Shown: piece after piece, positions 8,623-16,467 of the stretch | How positions within the stretch are numbered: position 1 is the stretch's first letter | Layout of the letters: the number at the start of each line of letters is the position of its first letter | DNA from: Cereibacter sphaeroides 2.4.1 | GTDB taxonomy: Bacteria; Pseudomonadota; Alphaproteobacteria; Rhodobacterales; Rhodobacteraceae | NCBI RefSeq assembly: GCF_000012905.2 | Contig: NC_007493.2 | Location: forward strand, 840,001 to 872,000 | Direction: 5' to 3' | DNA length: 32,000 nt | Program-made: the position numbers and the translations under genes | Notes under the pieces: generated by a model | Told to the model about the DNA's origin: nothing | The model's input: only the letters and a program-made list of their open reading frames with translations | The model's database searches: none

Positions 8623-8763
8623 ATGTCCAGCGAGACCCTGTCCCTGAGCCTGACCCTCGTTGTCGCCGCGACGATCGTGGTGACCGCGATCGCCATGGCG
8701 CGCCGCGAGAAGCGGCTGGTTCCCGTCACGGTGCCGGCCCGGGTGCGTCAGCGGGGGCGCTGA
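8623..8763 (+). CDS. 46-aa single-pass membrane micro-protein (absent from the ORF track)
   Basis: Read by hand: MSSETLSLSLTLVVAATIVVTAIAMARREKRLVPVTVPARVRQRGR*. GGAGGA (8609-8614) lies 8 nt upstream of the ATG. G/C occupies 43 of 46 third positions. A hydrophobic helix is followed by a basic tail. The TGA stop shares one nt with the next ATG (TGATG). Confidence 0.7.
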   Translation: MSSETLSLSLTLVVAATIVVTAIAMARREKRLVPVTVPARVRQRGR

Positions 8764-9017
8764 TGGACCGGCTGAGCATCCTCCTCACCCTGATGACCGG
8801 AGCGGTCATCACGGGCGTCCTCGTGATCCTGTTCTTCAGCATGGGCTGGTATGGCTGGACCCCGATCGCCATCGGAGCAGGGGCCGGCATCCTCCTGTCG
8901 TGGCCGGCTGGCTACCTCATCTCGCGCCGGATCAAGCGCACCGACCCCCAATGGGACGAGAAGCGGGTCGAGCGGGTGCCCACCACGATCCCCAAGCCCG
9001 ACGCGCCGGAAGTTTAA
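8763..9017 (+). CDS. 84-aa two-pass membrane protein of unknown function
   Basis: MDRLSILLTLMTGAVITGVLVILFFSMGWYGWTPIAIGAGAGILLSWPAGYLISRRIKR... has two hydrophobic helices, high GC3, and an ATG coupled to the upstream micro-ORF. The longer 8577 start in the ORF track gives an Arg/Pro/Gly-rich extension that does not look coding. Confidence 0.7.
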   Translation: MDRLSILLTLMTGAVITGVLVILFFSMGWYGWTPIAIGAGAGILLSWPAGYLISRRIKRTDPQWDEKRVERVPTTIPKPDAPEV

Positions 9018-9078
9018 AAGCGTCTCAGGACGCTCCTGTTCCGAAGCCGTGGCGGACCACCCCTGGCCGAGATCATGA

Positions 9079-9104
9079 GGGGCGCAGCAGCGCCCCTTGG
9101 TTTT
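9079..9104 (+). terminator. Rho-independent terminator
   Basis: GGGGCGC (9079-9085), loop agca, GCGCCCC (9090-9096), then TTGGTTTT. Confidence 0.65.
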
Positions 9105-9411
9105 GGCGCCTCGAAGGGGCTTCTGGGCGCGGCCGGCCACCTCTCCAGATCGCGCCGCGGACCGGATCTGCCGACAGGGAGGCGCGGGCGGTCCTTCAGC
9201 ATCGACTTTTTCCCGCGGGCACCGGCTCCAGCCAGAGCCCGGAGTCCTTCCTCCCAACACCGTCTTGCATCCGATTGCCCGGCAGAGGTTCCGCAGCCTT
9301 GCGCTTCGCCGAGGCCTGCGAGGTTCCCGCAGGGAGAAACTTCAGGCAGGACCCTCGTGTTCCCGCGATACCGGCGTCAGTCACGCAGCGCGGATCGACG
9401 CGCGGAATCGA

Positions 9412-10869
9412 TCAGTCCAGACGCTCCAGCAGCTGTCGGGCCGCCTGAAGATCGTCCCGGAACCGCCTGCGCTCCTCGACGCGCGCGGCCTCGTCCGGCA
9501 GGCGCAGGATGTAGGAGGGATGGACCGTCACGAAGACCGGCGTCCCGTCGTCGAGCCTCTCGACCGACCCGCGCCGCTTCAGGATCCCCGCCCCCGAGCC
9601 GGTGAGCGAGGCGAGCGCCGTTGCGCCCATCGCGACGATCAGGCGGGGGCGCACCAGATCCCGCTCGAGATCGAGCCACCAGCGGCAGGCGGTCACCTCG
9701 CCCGCATCGGGCTTCTGGTGGATGCGGCGCTTGCCGCGTGGGGCGAACTTGAAGTGCTTGACCGCATTGGTGACATAGACCGATCCGCGATCGAGGCCGG
9801 CCGCTGCCGCCTCCTCATCGAAGAGCTGTCCTGCAGGGCCCACGAAGGGCCGGCCGGCCAGATCCTCGCGATCCCCCGGCTGCTCGCCCACGATCATCAT
9901 GCGCGCCGTGGCGGGTCCTTCCCCGAACACGACCTGCGTGGCATTGGCCCAGAGGCCGCAGCGCCGGCATCCTTCGGCCGCGGTCTTCGCTTCGGCCAAC
10001 GTGCCGGGCGCTGAGCCGTCGCCGGCCGCAGCCGGTCCGCCGGCCGCCGCCGCACGCTGCCGCGCCACGGCCGCCGTTCGCGCGGGCGGCTCGGTCGGCG
10101 CTGCGGCCTGCATCTCGGCCGCCCGTTCGGCCGCACCCCGGATCAGGCCCGGAATCAGCTCCGCCTCGGGCAGGTTCTTCCAGTAGCGTTTCGGCATCTC
10201 GGACTGCATCGCCTTCACCATCAGCCGCGCCGGATTGAAGATGTTGGCGTAATAGGTCCGCCACAGCTCTTCCGTTCCATCGGCGGGTGGCGCGGTGCGC
10301 TCCTCGGTCAGGGCGAAATCGAGCTGCCCTGCCACGAACCGCGCGGTAACCTCGGGCGTGACGATGGCCCAGTCCATGTCGCCGAACCGGCGGGCGAAGA
10401 AGGGCGTCGCCGCCTCCTCGACCGGATGGTCCGGCTCGAACCAGGCCGCGAAGGCGCGGCGGGGGCCCTCCGAGGGAAGCTCGCGGAAGCGGACGAAGGC
10501 GTGCATCTTGTGGATCTCGCGCCGAACCATCTTCTCCTGCGCAAGGAGCTTGCGCAGCGCGGGATCGCTCCGGTCGCCCCAGCGCAAAGTGCCGTCCGCC
10601 AGCCGCAGGAGAAGACCGTAGGCACGGCCGAACCGCTCGGGATCGGCGTGGCAGAGGGCAGTTTCCAATGAGCCGACCGCCTCGCGCGACAGCCGGATCT
10701 GGCGCGCCGGGCCCGCGGGCAGGGCGGGCAGGTCGGCAAAAAGGTCGGCTTCGCCCGCGCCCACGCGCCAGACGACGCTTTCCGCCGGAACACCCGCCTG
10801 CGCCAGCCGCCGGGCCTCGGCGCGCCAGGCCGCCACGGTTCCCAGACGCGGCAGGACCACCTCGGGCAT
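9412..10869 (-). CDS. Fusion protein: N-terminal DUF4130 / TIGR03915-like domain and C-terminal family-4 uracil-DNA glycosylase of the UdgX type
   Basis: 485 aa. The C-terminal half has CRRCGLW, motif A VGEQPGDREDL (GEQPG at 9874-9888), FVGPAG, KHFKF..RGKRRIHQKP (KRRIH at 9718-9732) and motif B HPSYILR. The ATG shares one nt with the upstream radical-SAM stop. Confidence 0.85.
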   Translation of the reverse strand: MPEVVLPRLGTVAAWRAEARRLAQAGVPAESVVWRVGAGEADLFADLPALPAGPARQIRLSREAVGSLETALCHADPERFGRAYGLLLRLADGTLRWGDRSDPALRKLLAQEKMVRREIHKMHAFVRFRELPSEGPRRAFAAWFEPDHPVEEAATPFFARRFGDMDWAIVTPEVTARFVAGQLDFALTEERTAPPADGTEELWRTYYANIFNPARLMVKAMQSEMPKRYWKNLPEAELIPGLIRGAAERAAEMQAAAPTEPPARTAAVARQRAAAAGGPAAAGDGSAPGTLAEAKTAAEGCRRCGLWANATQVVFGEGPATARMMIVGEQPGDREDLAGRPFVGPAGQLFDEEAAAAGLDRGSVYVTNAVKHFKFAPRGKRRIHQKPDAGEVTACRWWLDLERDLVRPRLIVAMGATALASLTGSGAGILKRRGSVERLDDGTPVFVTVHPSYILRLPDEAARVEERRRFRDDLQAARQLLERLD

Positions 10870-12089
10870 CAGAAGAGGCTCAACTGTTCCGGCGGCGGCA
10901 CGAAGCGCGCGCGCAGGCTGGCGTCGTCCAGCCCCTGCGGCCGCCAGCCGGGGGCCACGATGAAGGGGCGCGCCTGTTTCACCACCGCGCCCATCGCCAC
11001 CAGATGCTCGTAGCGCACCGCCCCGTGCGCCCGCGCGGCAAGGATGCGGCCCACCGTCTTGGTGCCGAAGCCCGGCACGCGCAGCAGCATCTCGCGCGGG
11101 GCGCGGTTCACATCCATCGGAAAGGCCTCGCGATGCGCCAGCGCCCAGGCGAGCTTCGGATCGACCTCGAGATCGAGCATCCCCTTGTCCGCGATCTCGC
11201 CCACCTCGAAGCCGTAGAACCGCAGGAGCCAGTCCGCCTGATAGAGCCGATGCTCGCGCAGGAGCGGCGGACGCACGAGGGGCAGCGCCTTCGAGGCATC
11301 GGGAATGGGCGAGAAGGCCGAGTAATAGACCCGGCTCAGACCGTAGTTGGCATAGAGCGTCGAGGCATTGCCGAGGATGGCTGCATCGTCCGCCCCGTCC
11401 GCTCCCACGATCATCTGCGTGGACTGGCCCGCGGGCGCGAAGCGCGAGGGTCTGCGGCCGGAGAAGCTCGGCTCGCGCGAGGCCTCGCGCTTCAGCCGCA
11501 CCTCGGCCATCGCCTTGCGGATGCCGGTGGCCGACTTCTCCGGCGCGAAGCGGTCGAGCCCGGCTTCGGTCGGCAGCTCCACATTGATCGACAGCCGGTC
11601 GGCATAGAGGCCCGCCTGCTCGATCAGCTCGGGCGCGGCGTCGGGAATGGTCTTGAGGTGGATATAGCCCCGGAAATGCTCGCGCTCGCGCAGGGTCTTG
11701 GCGATGCGCACCATGTCGGCCATCGTGTCATCGGGCGAGCGGATGATGCCCGACGAGAGGAAGAGCCCCTCGATATAGTTCCGCCGGTAGAATTCGACGG
11801 TGAGCGTCACCACCTCTTCGACCGAGAACCGCGCCCGCTCGACCCGCGAGGAGACGCGGTTCACGCAATAGGCGCAGTCGAAGATGCAGAAATTGGTCAT
11901 CAGGATCTTCAGAAGGCTGATGCAGCGCCCGTCCGGCGCATAGGCGTGGCAGATGCCGCTTCCGCCCGAGGATCCCAGCCCCTTGCCATCCTTCGAATCG
12001 CGCCGTGTGCCCCCGCTCGAGGCGCAGGAGGCATCGTATTTCGCGGCGTCCGACAGGATAGCCAGCTTGCGGGCGAGGTCTTTCTTCAT
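10869..12089 (-). CDS. Putative DNA modification/repair radical SAM protein (TIGR03916-like) with a C-terminal helix-hairpin-helix
   Basis: 406 aa. N-terminus LAILSDAAKYDASCASSGG, radical SAM CIFDCAYC (CX3CX2C, 11865-11888), and an HhH-like LLRVPGFGTKTVGRILAAR near the C-terminus. Confidence 0.85.
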   Translation of the reverse strand: MKKDLARKLAILSDAAKYDASCASSGGTRRDSKDGKGLGSSGGSGICHAYAPDGRCISLLKILMTNFCIFDCAYCVNRVSSRVERARFSVEEVVTLTVEFYRRNYIEGLFLSSGIIRSPDDTMADMVRIAKTLREREHFRGYIHLKTIPDAAPELIEQAGLYADRLSINVELPTEAGLDRFAPEKSATGIRKAMAEVRLKREASREPSFSGRRPSRFAPAGQSTQMIVGADGADDAAILGNASTLYANYGLSRVYYSAFSPIPDASKALPLVRPPLLREHRLYQADWLLRFYGFEVGEIADKGMLDLEVDPKLAWALAHREAFPMDVNRAPREMLLRVPGFGTKTVGRILAARAHGAVRYEHLVAMGAVVKQARPFIVAPGWRPQGLDDASLRARFVPPPEQLSLF

Positions 12090-12091
12090 CT

Positions 12092-12116
12092 GTTCTTAAT
12101 ATGTTCCTAGCTGTTC
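12092..12116 (-). promoter_or_regulatory. Alphaproteobacterial LexA (SOS) box, GTTC-N7-GTTC, plus a third GTTC
   Basis: GTTC at 12092-12095, ttaatat, then GTTC at 12103-12106 form a perfect direct-repeat SOS box. It reads GAAC-N7-GAAC in gene orientation. A third GTTC lies at 12113-12116 after 6 nt. The box starts 2 nt upstream of the radical-SAM ATG. Confidence 0.7.
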
Positions 12117-12124
12117 GAAAGCAA
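12096..12124 (-). promoter_or_regulatory. Sigma70-like promoter for the radical-SAM/UdgX operon, positioned for a leaderless transcript
   Basis: On the minus strand, TTGCTT (12124-12119), a 17-nt spacer, then TATTAA (12101-12096). Only 6 nt (GAACAG) separate the -10 from the ATG at 12089, and there is no Shine-Dalgarno. Confidence 0.5.
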
Positions 12125-12171
12125 GCGCAGAACCAATCATGACCGGAACGTGAAGCAGCGGCGGGCCCTCT

Positions 12172-13185
12172 TCAGGCGCGCCTTAGCTCCGGGGCAACCA
12201 CCTCGCCGATCAGCCGCATCAGGTCGCCGAAATAGCCTTCGCTCCGGGCGGGCCGCGTCGGGTCGGAGGTGACGACCACCGTGGCCTCGAGATCGGGCAG
12301 GAGGCAGACGAGCTGGCCGCCGTAGCCGCGGGCCAGTGCGATCCGCTCGGTGCCCGCGCGGCCCACGAACCAGCCGTAGCCGTAGCCCAAGCCCGAGAAG
12401 GGCGAGCGCGTCCGCGGCTCGAGCGAACGGCGCACCCAGTCGGCGGACAGGACCTGCTCCCCGTCCCACCGGCCGCCCTGGCGGACCATCTCTCCGAAGC
12501 GCAGCAGCGCCAGAGGCGACAGCGCCATTTCGTTGCCGCCGAGGTAGAAGCCCTGCGGATCCTGCGTCCAGGGCGGGATCTCGATCCCGAGCGGGCGGCC
12601 GAGCCAGTCCCGCATCAGCGCGAGCAGGCTGCGGTCCGTGGCTTCGGAGAGGGCGGCGCCGAGGATGTGGAAGCTGCCCGTGGAATAGAGCATCCGGCTG
12701 CCCGGCTCGGCCACCATCGGGCGCGACAGGGCATAGGCCAGCCAGTTCCGGCTCGAGACCCAGGCGCCGTAGTTGCCGCCCGAGGTGCGTTCGAGCCCCG
12801 CGCGCATCGTCACCAGATCCTCGAGCGTCAGGTCCCGGACGCGGGGGTCGGCCTCGGCAGGGATGAGGCCGGGCGCGACCTCGCCCAGCGTGGCCCCGAG
12901 GGCGGGCACGGCGCCCCGGTCGAGCGCCGCGCCGAGCAGGGCTGCGACGAGCGTCTTCGAGACTGACTTCACATTGACCGCGCGATCCGGAGCGGGTCCG
13001 CGCAGCGCCTCGGCCACCAGCGTTTCGCCGCCCTGCGCGACGACGATCGCATGAAGCTGGTCAAGCCCGCGCGCGGCTTCCAGCGTGGCGGCAAGGGGCG
13101 GACGGCGCGGCGCCTGCGCGCGGAGGGCGCTAGGCAGGGCGAGCGCGGCGCCGGCCGCGAGAAGAAGACGGCGGGACAGGATCAT
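12172..13185 (-). CDS. Secreted serine hydrolase of the beta-lactamase / PBP (class C-like) family
   Basis: Signal peptide [25 protein letters not shown] and an S-x-x-K motif (KSVSKT). GGAGG lies 5 nt upstream of the ATG at 13185, so that start is preferred over 13212. Confidence 0.8.
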   Translation of the reverse strand: MILSRRLLLAAGAALALPSALRAQAPRRPPLAATLEAARGLDQLHAIVVAQGGETLVAEALRGPAPDRAVNVKSVSKTLVAALLGAALDRGAVPALGATLGEVAPGLIPAEADPRVRDLTLEDLVTMRAGLERTSGGNYGAWVSSRNWLAYALSRPMVAEPGSRMLYSTGSFHILGAALSEATDRSLLALMRDWLGRPLGIEIPPWTQDPQGFYLGGNEMALSPLALLRFGEMVRQGGRWDGEQVLSADWVRRSLEPRTRSPFSGLGYGYGWFVGRAGTERIALARGYGGQLVCLLPDLEATVVVTSDPTRPARSEGYFGDLMRLIGEVVAPELRRA

Positions 13186-13277
13186 GAAACCTCCGGGGGC
13201 TCCAGCGCACATGGCCCGCCGGCCTCCGGCATCAACCGCGCCGCCTCCTCACGATTTCGCGCGCAGCGAGGGCGGCC

Positions 13278-13306
13278 TTGCAATGATAAGCACGCTTATT
13301 ATATGT
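13278..13306 (+). promoter_or_regulatory. marR-emrAB promoter with an embedded palindromic operator
   Basis: TTGCAA (13278-13283), a 16-17 nt spacer, then TATATG/ATATGT (13300-13306). The palindrome ATAAGC-ac-GCTTAT (13286-13299) sits in the spacer. The ATG at 13314 is 8-9 nt from the -10 and has no SD. Confidence 0.5.
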
Positions 13307-13313
13307 CCCGCAC

Positions 13314-13781
13314 ATGGAAAAGGACACCGACAGATTGGGACTGCTGTTGCACGACGCCACCCGCGCCGTCCGCAAGCGCTTCGAGCAGAGAACCAGCCAT
13401 CTCGGCCTCTCGACGGCGCAGTGGCGGCTTCTGGCGCAACTCTCGCGCGAGCCGCGGGCCACGCAGGCGCGGCTCGCCGACCTGCTCGACATCGAGCCGA
13501 TCAGCGTCTCGCGGCTGATCGACCGGATGGAGCAGGGCGGCTGGGTGCGCCGCGAGGCCGACCCCTGCGACCGCCGCGCGCGGCTGGTGGCGCCGACCGA
13601 CAAGACCAAGGCCGCTTACGCGACCATCAAGACCATTGCCGACGAGGTCTATGACGAGGCGCTCGAGGGGATCCCGGCGGACCGCCGCAGGGAGCTCGTC
13701 GCGATGCTGCGGACCATCGTCACCAACCTCAACGACGCGGAGGCCGAGCCCCGCGTTCCCTGCATCAAGGCAAACGGATGA
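13314..13781 (+). CDS. MarR-family transcriptional regulator
   Basis: 155 aa with a winged-helix region LSTAQWRLLAQLSREPRATQARLADLLDIEPISVSRLIDRMEQGGWVRREADPCDRRA. Its stop overlaps the next ATG (ATGA at 13778-13781). Confidence 0.9.
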   Translation: MEKDTDRLGLLLHDATRAVRKRFEQRTSHLGLSTAQWRLLAQLSREPRATQARLADLLDIEPISVSRLIDRMEQGGWVRREADPCDRRARLVAPTDKTKAAYATIKTIADEVYDEALEGIPADRRRELVAMLRTIVTNLNDAEAEPRVPCIKANG

Positions 13782-14884
13782 ACGCCCAGACCTCTCCCGA
13801 GAAGGCCCGCTCCACGCCCGTGGTGGCCGAGCCGAATCCCCGCAAGACGCGCCGCATCCTGCTGATGGCGGCCCTTCCCGCGGCCCTTCTGGGCGGCGCG
13901 GGCGTCTGGTGGGTGACCGGCGGGCGCTACGAGACCACCGACAATGCCTATCTGCATCAGGCGGTGGTCGGCGTGGCTTCGGAACTTTCGGGCCGCGTGA
14001 CGCGCGTCTCCGTGTCCGACAACCGCCCCGTGTCGAAGGGCGAGGTCCTGTTCGAGATTGACCCCGAGCCGCACCGCATCGCGCTGGCCAAGGCCGAGGC
14101 GGCGGTGGCCTCGGCGCGTCTCGAGGTGGAGCAGCTGCGCGTGGCCTATGCTCAGGCTCAGGCGCAGGAGAAGCTCGCGGCGGACGACGCGGCCTATCTC
14201 GCCAATGAGCTCGAGCGCCAGCAGGCGCTGTCGCAGAAGGGCGTGGCTTCGACGACCTCGCTCGACGATGCGCGCCACGAATCGCTGCGCGCGAAGGAGC
14301 TGCTGCTGGTCGCGCGCCAGACCACCGCAAGCGCGCTCGCGGCGCTCGGCGGGGTCGCGGACGGGCCGGTGGACGAGCATCCGAAGGTGCGCACTGCGCT
14401 TGCCGCGCGCGACGACGCCGCCTACCAGCTGGCGCGGACCGAGGTCCGCGCGCCGGCCGACGGCATCGTCTATCAGGCCGCCTCCTTCAAGCCGGGCCAG
14501 ATGGTCACCGCCGGCCAGTCGCTCTTCTCGCTGGTCGAGACAGGCGATGTCTGGATCGACGCGAACTTCAAGGAGACGCAGCTGGCCGGCATCGCCCCCG
14601 GCCAGAAGGCCGAAGTCACCTTCGACCTGCACCCCGACCGGCCCTACGAGGCCACGGTCGAGGCGGTGGGCGCGGGCACGGGCTCGGAATTCTCGCTGCT
14701 GCCGGCGCAGAACGCCACCGGCAACTGGGTGAAGGTGACCCAGCGCGTGCCGGTGCGGCTGCGGTTCGAAGAGGGGGCCGACATCGCGGGCCTCGCCTCG
14801 GGCCTGTCGGCGGAAGTGTCGGTCGATACCGGCCGCGTCCGCCACATCCCGGGGCTCGCGAGTTTCGCCGCCACCGCCGACTGA
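13778..14884 (+). CDS. emrA: HlyD/EmrA-family membrane fusion protein
   Basis: 368 aa with an N-terminal TM segment, a long coiled-coil middle, and typical lipoyl and beta-barrel motifs (VRAPADGIV, WVKVTQRVPVR). Confidence 0.85.
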   Translation: MNAQTSPEKARSTPVVAEPNPRKTRRILLMAALPAALLGGAGVWWVTGGRYETTDNAYLHQAVVGVASELSGRVTRVSVSDNRPVSKGEVLFEIDPEPHRIALAKAEAAVASARLEVEQLRVAYAQAQAQEKLAADDAAYLANELERQQALSQKGVASTTSLDDARHESLRAKELLLVARQTTASALAALGGVADGPVDEHPKVRTALAARDDAAYQLARTEVRAPADGIVYQAASFKPGQMVTAGQSLFSLVETGDVWIDANFKETQLAGIAPGQKAEVTFDLHPDRPYEATVEAVGAGTGSEFSLLPAQNATGNWVKVTQRVPVRLRFEEGADIAGLASGLSAEVSVDTGRVRHIPGLASFAATAD

Positions 14885-14897
14885 TCCGGAGGGTGCC

Positions 14898-16421
14898 ATG
14901 ACCGCTGCTCAGAAACAGCCCGTGGAGCACCGCGGGCTGATCACCCTCGTGATCATGCTCGCCACGATCATGCAGGTGCTCGACACGACCATCGCGAACG
15001 TGGCGCTGCCCTCGATGACGGGCGACCTCGACGCCTCGGCCGATACGATCAACTGGGTGCTCACCTCCTACATCGTGGCCGCGGCGATCATGACGCCCGT
15101 GACCGGCTGGCTCGCCGACCGGATCGGCAAGCGCGAGCTGTTCCTCGTCTCTATCGTGGGCTTCACGCTCGCCTCGATGGCCTGCGGCCTGTCCTGGAGC
15201 CTGCCCTCGATGGTGGGCTTCCGGCTGCTGCAGGGCGTCTTCGGCGCGGCCATCGTGCCGCTGTCGCAGACCTTCCTGCTCGACATCAACCCGCGCGAGA
15301 AGGCCGGGCAGGCCATGGCGCTCTGGGGGGCGGGGATCATGGTGGGGCCGATCATCGGGCCCACGCTCGGCGGCTGGCTCACCGAGAGCTGGGACTGGCG
15401 CTGGGTCTTCTTCATCAACCTTCCCGTGGGCATCGTGGCCTTTCTCGGCTGCGCCGCCTGGCTGCCGCGGGCCGAGCGGGTGGTGCGCCGCTTCGACTTC
15501 TTCGGCTTCGCCATGCTCGCCATCGCGCTGGGCTCGCTCCAGCTCATGCTCGACCGCGGTGCCGAGGTGGAATGGTTCGCGGCCCTCGAGATCTGGATCT
15601 ACCTGTTCCTGATGCTGACCGGCTTCTGGGTGTTCGTGATCCACATCCTCGGCGCCGAAAAGCCCTTCCTCGAGCCCGCGATGTTCGCCGACCGCAACTT
15701 CGCCACCGGCCTCGTCTTCATCTTCGTGGTGGGGATCATCCTGCTAGCGAGCCTCGCGCTCCTGCCGCCGATGCTGTCGCACATCTTCGGCTATCCGGTC
15801 ATCACCACCGGCCTCGTGATGGCGCCGCGCGGGGTGGGGACGATGATCTCGATGCTGATCGCCGGGCGGATGCTGCGCTTCGTCGATGCGCGGCTGATGG
15901 TGACGGCGGGTCTCTCGCTCACCGCCCTGTCGCTGCACATGATGACGGGCTTCAGCCCGCAGATGGACAGCACGCCCATCGTGCTCTCGGGCGTCGTGCA
16001 GGGTCTGGGTCTGGGCCTCGTCTTCGTGCCGCTCTCGACCGTGGCCTTCGCCACCATCGCGCCGCGCTTCCGCGCCGATGCCACGAGCCTCTTCAGCCTC
16101 GTGCGCAACATCGGCTCGTCGGTGGGCATCTCGATGGTAACGGTGATGCTCACCCACAACAGCCAGATCAACCATGCCGAGCTCGGGGCAAATGTGACGC
16201 CCTACAATCCGCAGCTCTGGCAGCTTTCGCCCGACGCCGCGCAGGGTGGCCTGCAGTCGCTCGCGGTCATCGACCGGCTGGTGACGCAGCAGGCCACGAT
16301 GATCGGCTATATCGACGATTTCCGCCTGATGATGCTCATCACTCTGGCGGCGCTTCCGCTGGCGCTCCTGCTGCGCAAGCCCAGGGTGGGCGGCGCGCCG
16401 GTCACCGTTCACGCGGACTGA
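14898..16421 (+). CDS. emrB: DHA2-family (EmrB/QacA) MFS multidrug efflux permease
   Basis: 507 aa, about 14 hydrophobic segments, with LDTTIANVALPSM and GWLADRIGKRELF motifs. It lies immediately downstream of the MFP gene. Confidence 0.9.
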   Translation: MTAAQKQPVEHRGLITLVIMLATIMQVLDTTIANVALPSMTGDLDASADTINWVLTSYIVAAAIMTPVTGWLADRIGKRELFLVSIVGFTLASMACGLSWSLPSMVGFRLLQGVFGAAIVPLSQTFLLDINPREKAGQAMALWGAGIMVGPIIGPTLGGWLTESWDWRWVFFINLPVGIVAFLGCAAWLPRAERVVRRFDFFGFAMLAIALGSLQLMLDRGAEVEWFAALEIWIYLFLMLTGFWVFVIHILGAEKPFLEPAMFADRNFATGLVFIFVVGIILLASLALLPPMLSHIFGYPVITTGLVMAPRGVGTMISMLIAGRMLRFVDARLMVTAGLSLTALSLHMMTGFSPQMDSTPIVLSGVVQGLGLGLVFVPLSTVAFATIAPRFRADATSLFSLVRNIGSSVGISMVTVMLTHNSQINHAELGANVTPYNPQLWQLSPDAAQGGLQSLAVIDRLVTQQATMIGYIDDFRLMMLITLAALPLALLLRKPRVGGAPVTVHAD

Positions 16422-16433
16422 GAGGGGGAAAGT

Positions 16434-16467
16434 GGCCGCGGGCGCAATGGGGAGGTCGCCCGCGGCC
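16434..16467 (+). terminator. Perfect 11-bp stem-loop after emrB (terminator-like, no U-tract)
   Basis: GGCCGCGGGCG (16434-16444), a 12-nt loop, then CGCCCGCGGCC (16457-16467). It begins 13 nt after the stop. Confidence 0.45.

Noticed and set aside
9246-9255. CCTTCCTCCC run in the 394-nt convergent gap, reminiscent of the CCUCCUCCC loops of CcsR / alpha-r14 sRNAs
   Set aside because: It is a single imperfect copy. It is not displayed in an obvious hairpin loop, and there is no adjacent terminator on either strand or upstream DUF1127-type gene. The evidence is insufficient.
12117-12150. Additional GAAC/GTTC tetramers upstream of the SOS box (GAAC-N12-GAAC at about 12130-12149)
   Set aside because: The spacing is 12 nt, not 7, so it does not fit the LexA direct-repeat operator. 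The tetramer is too short to be meaningful on its own.
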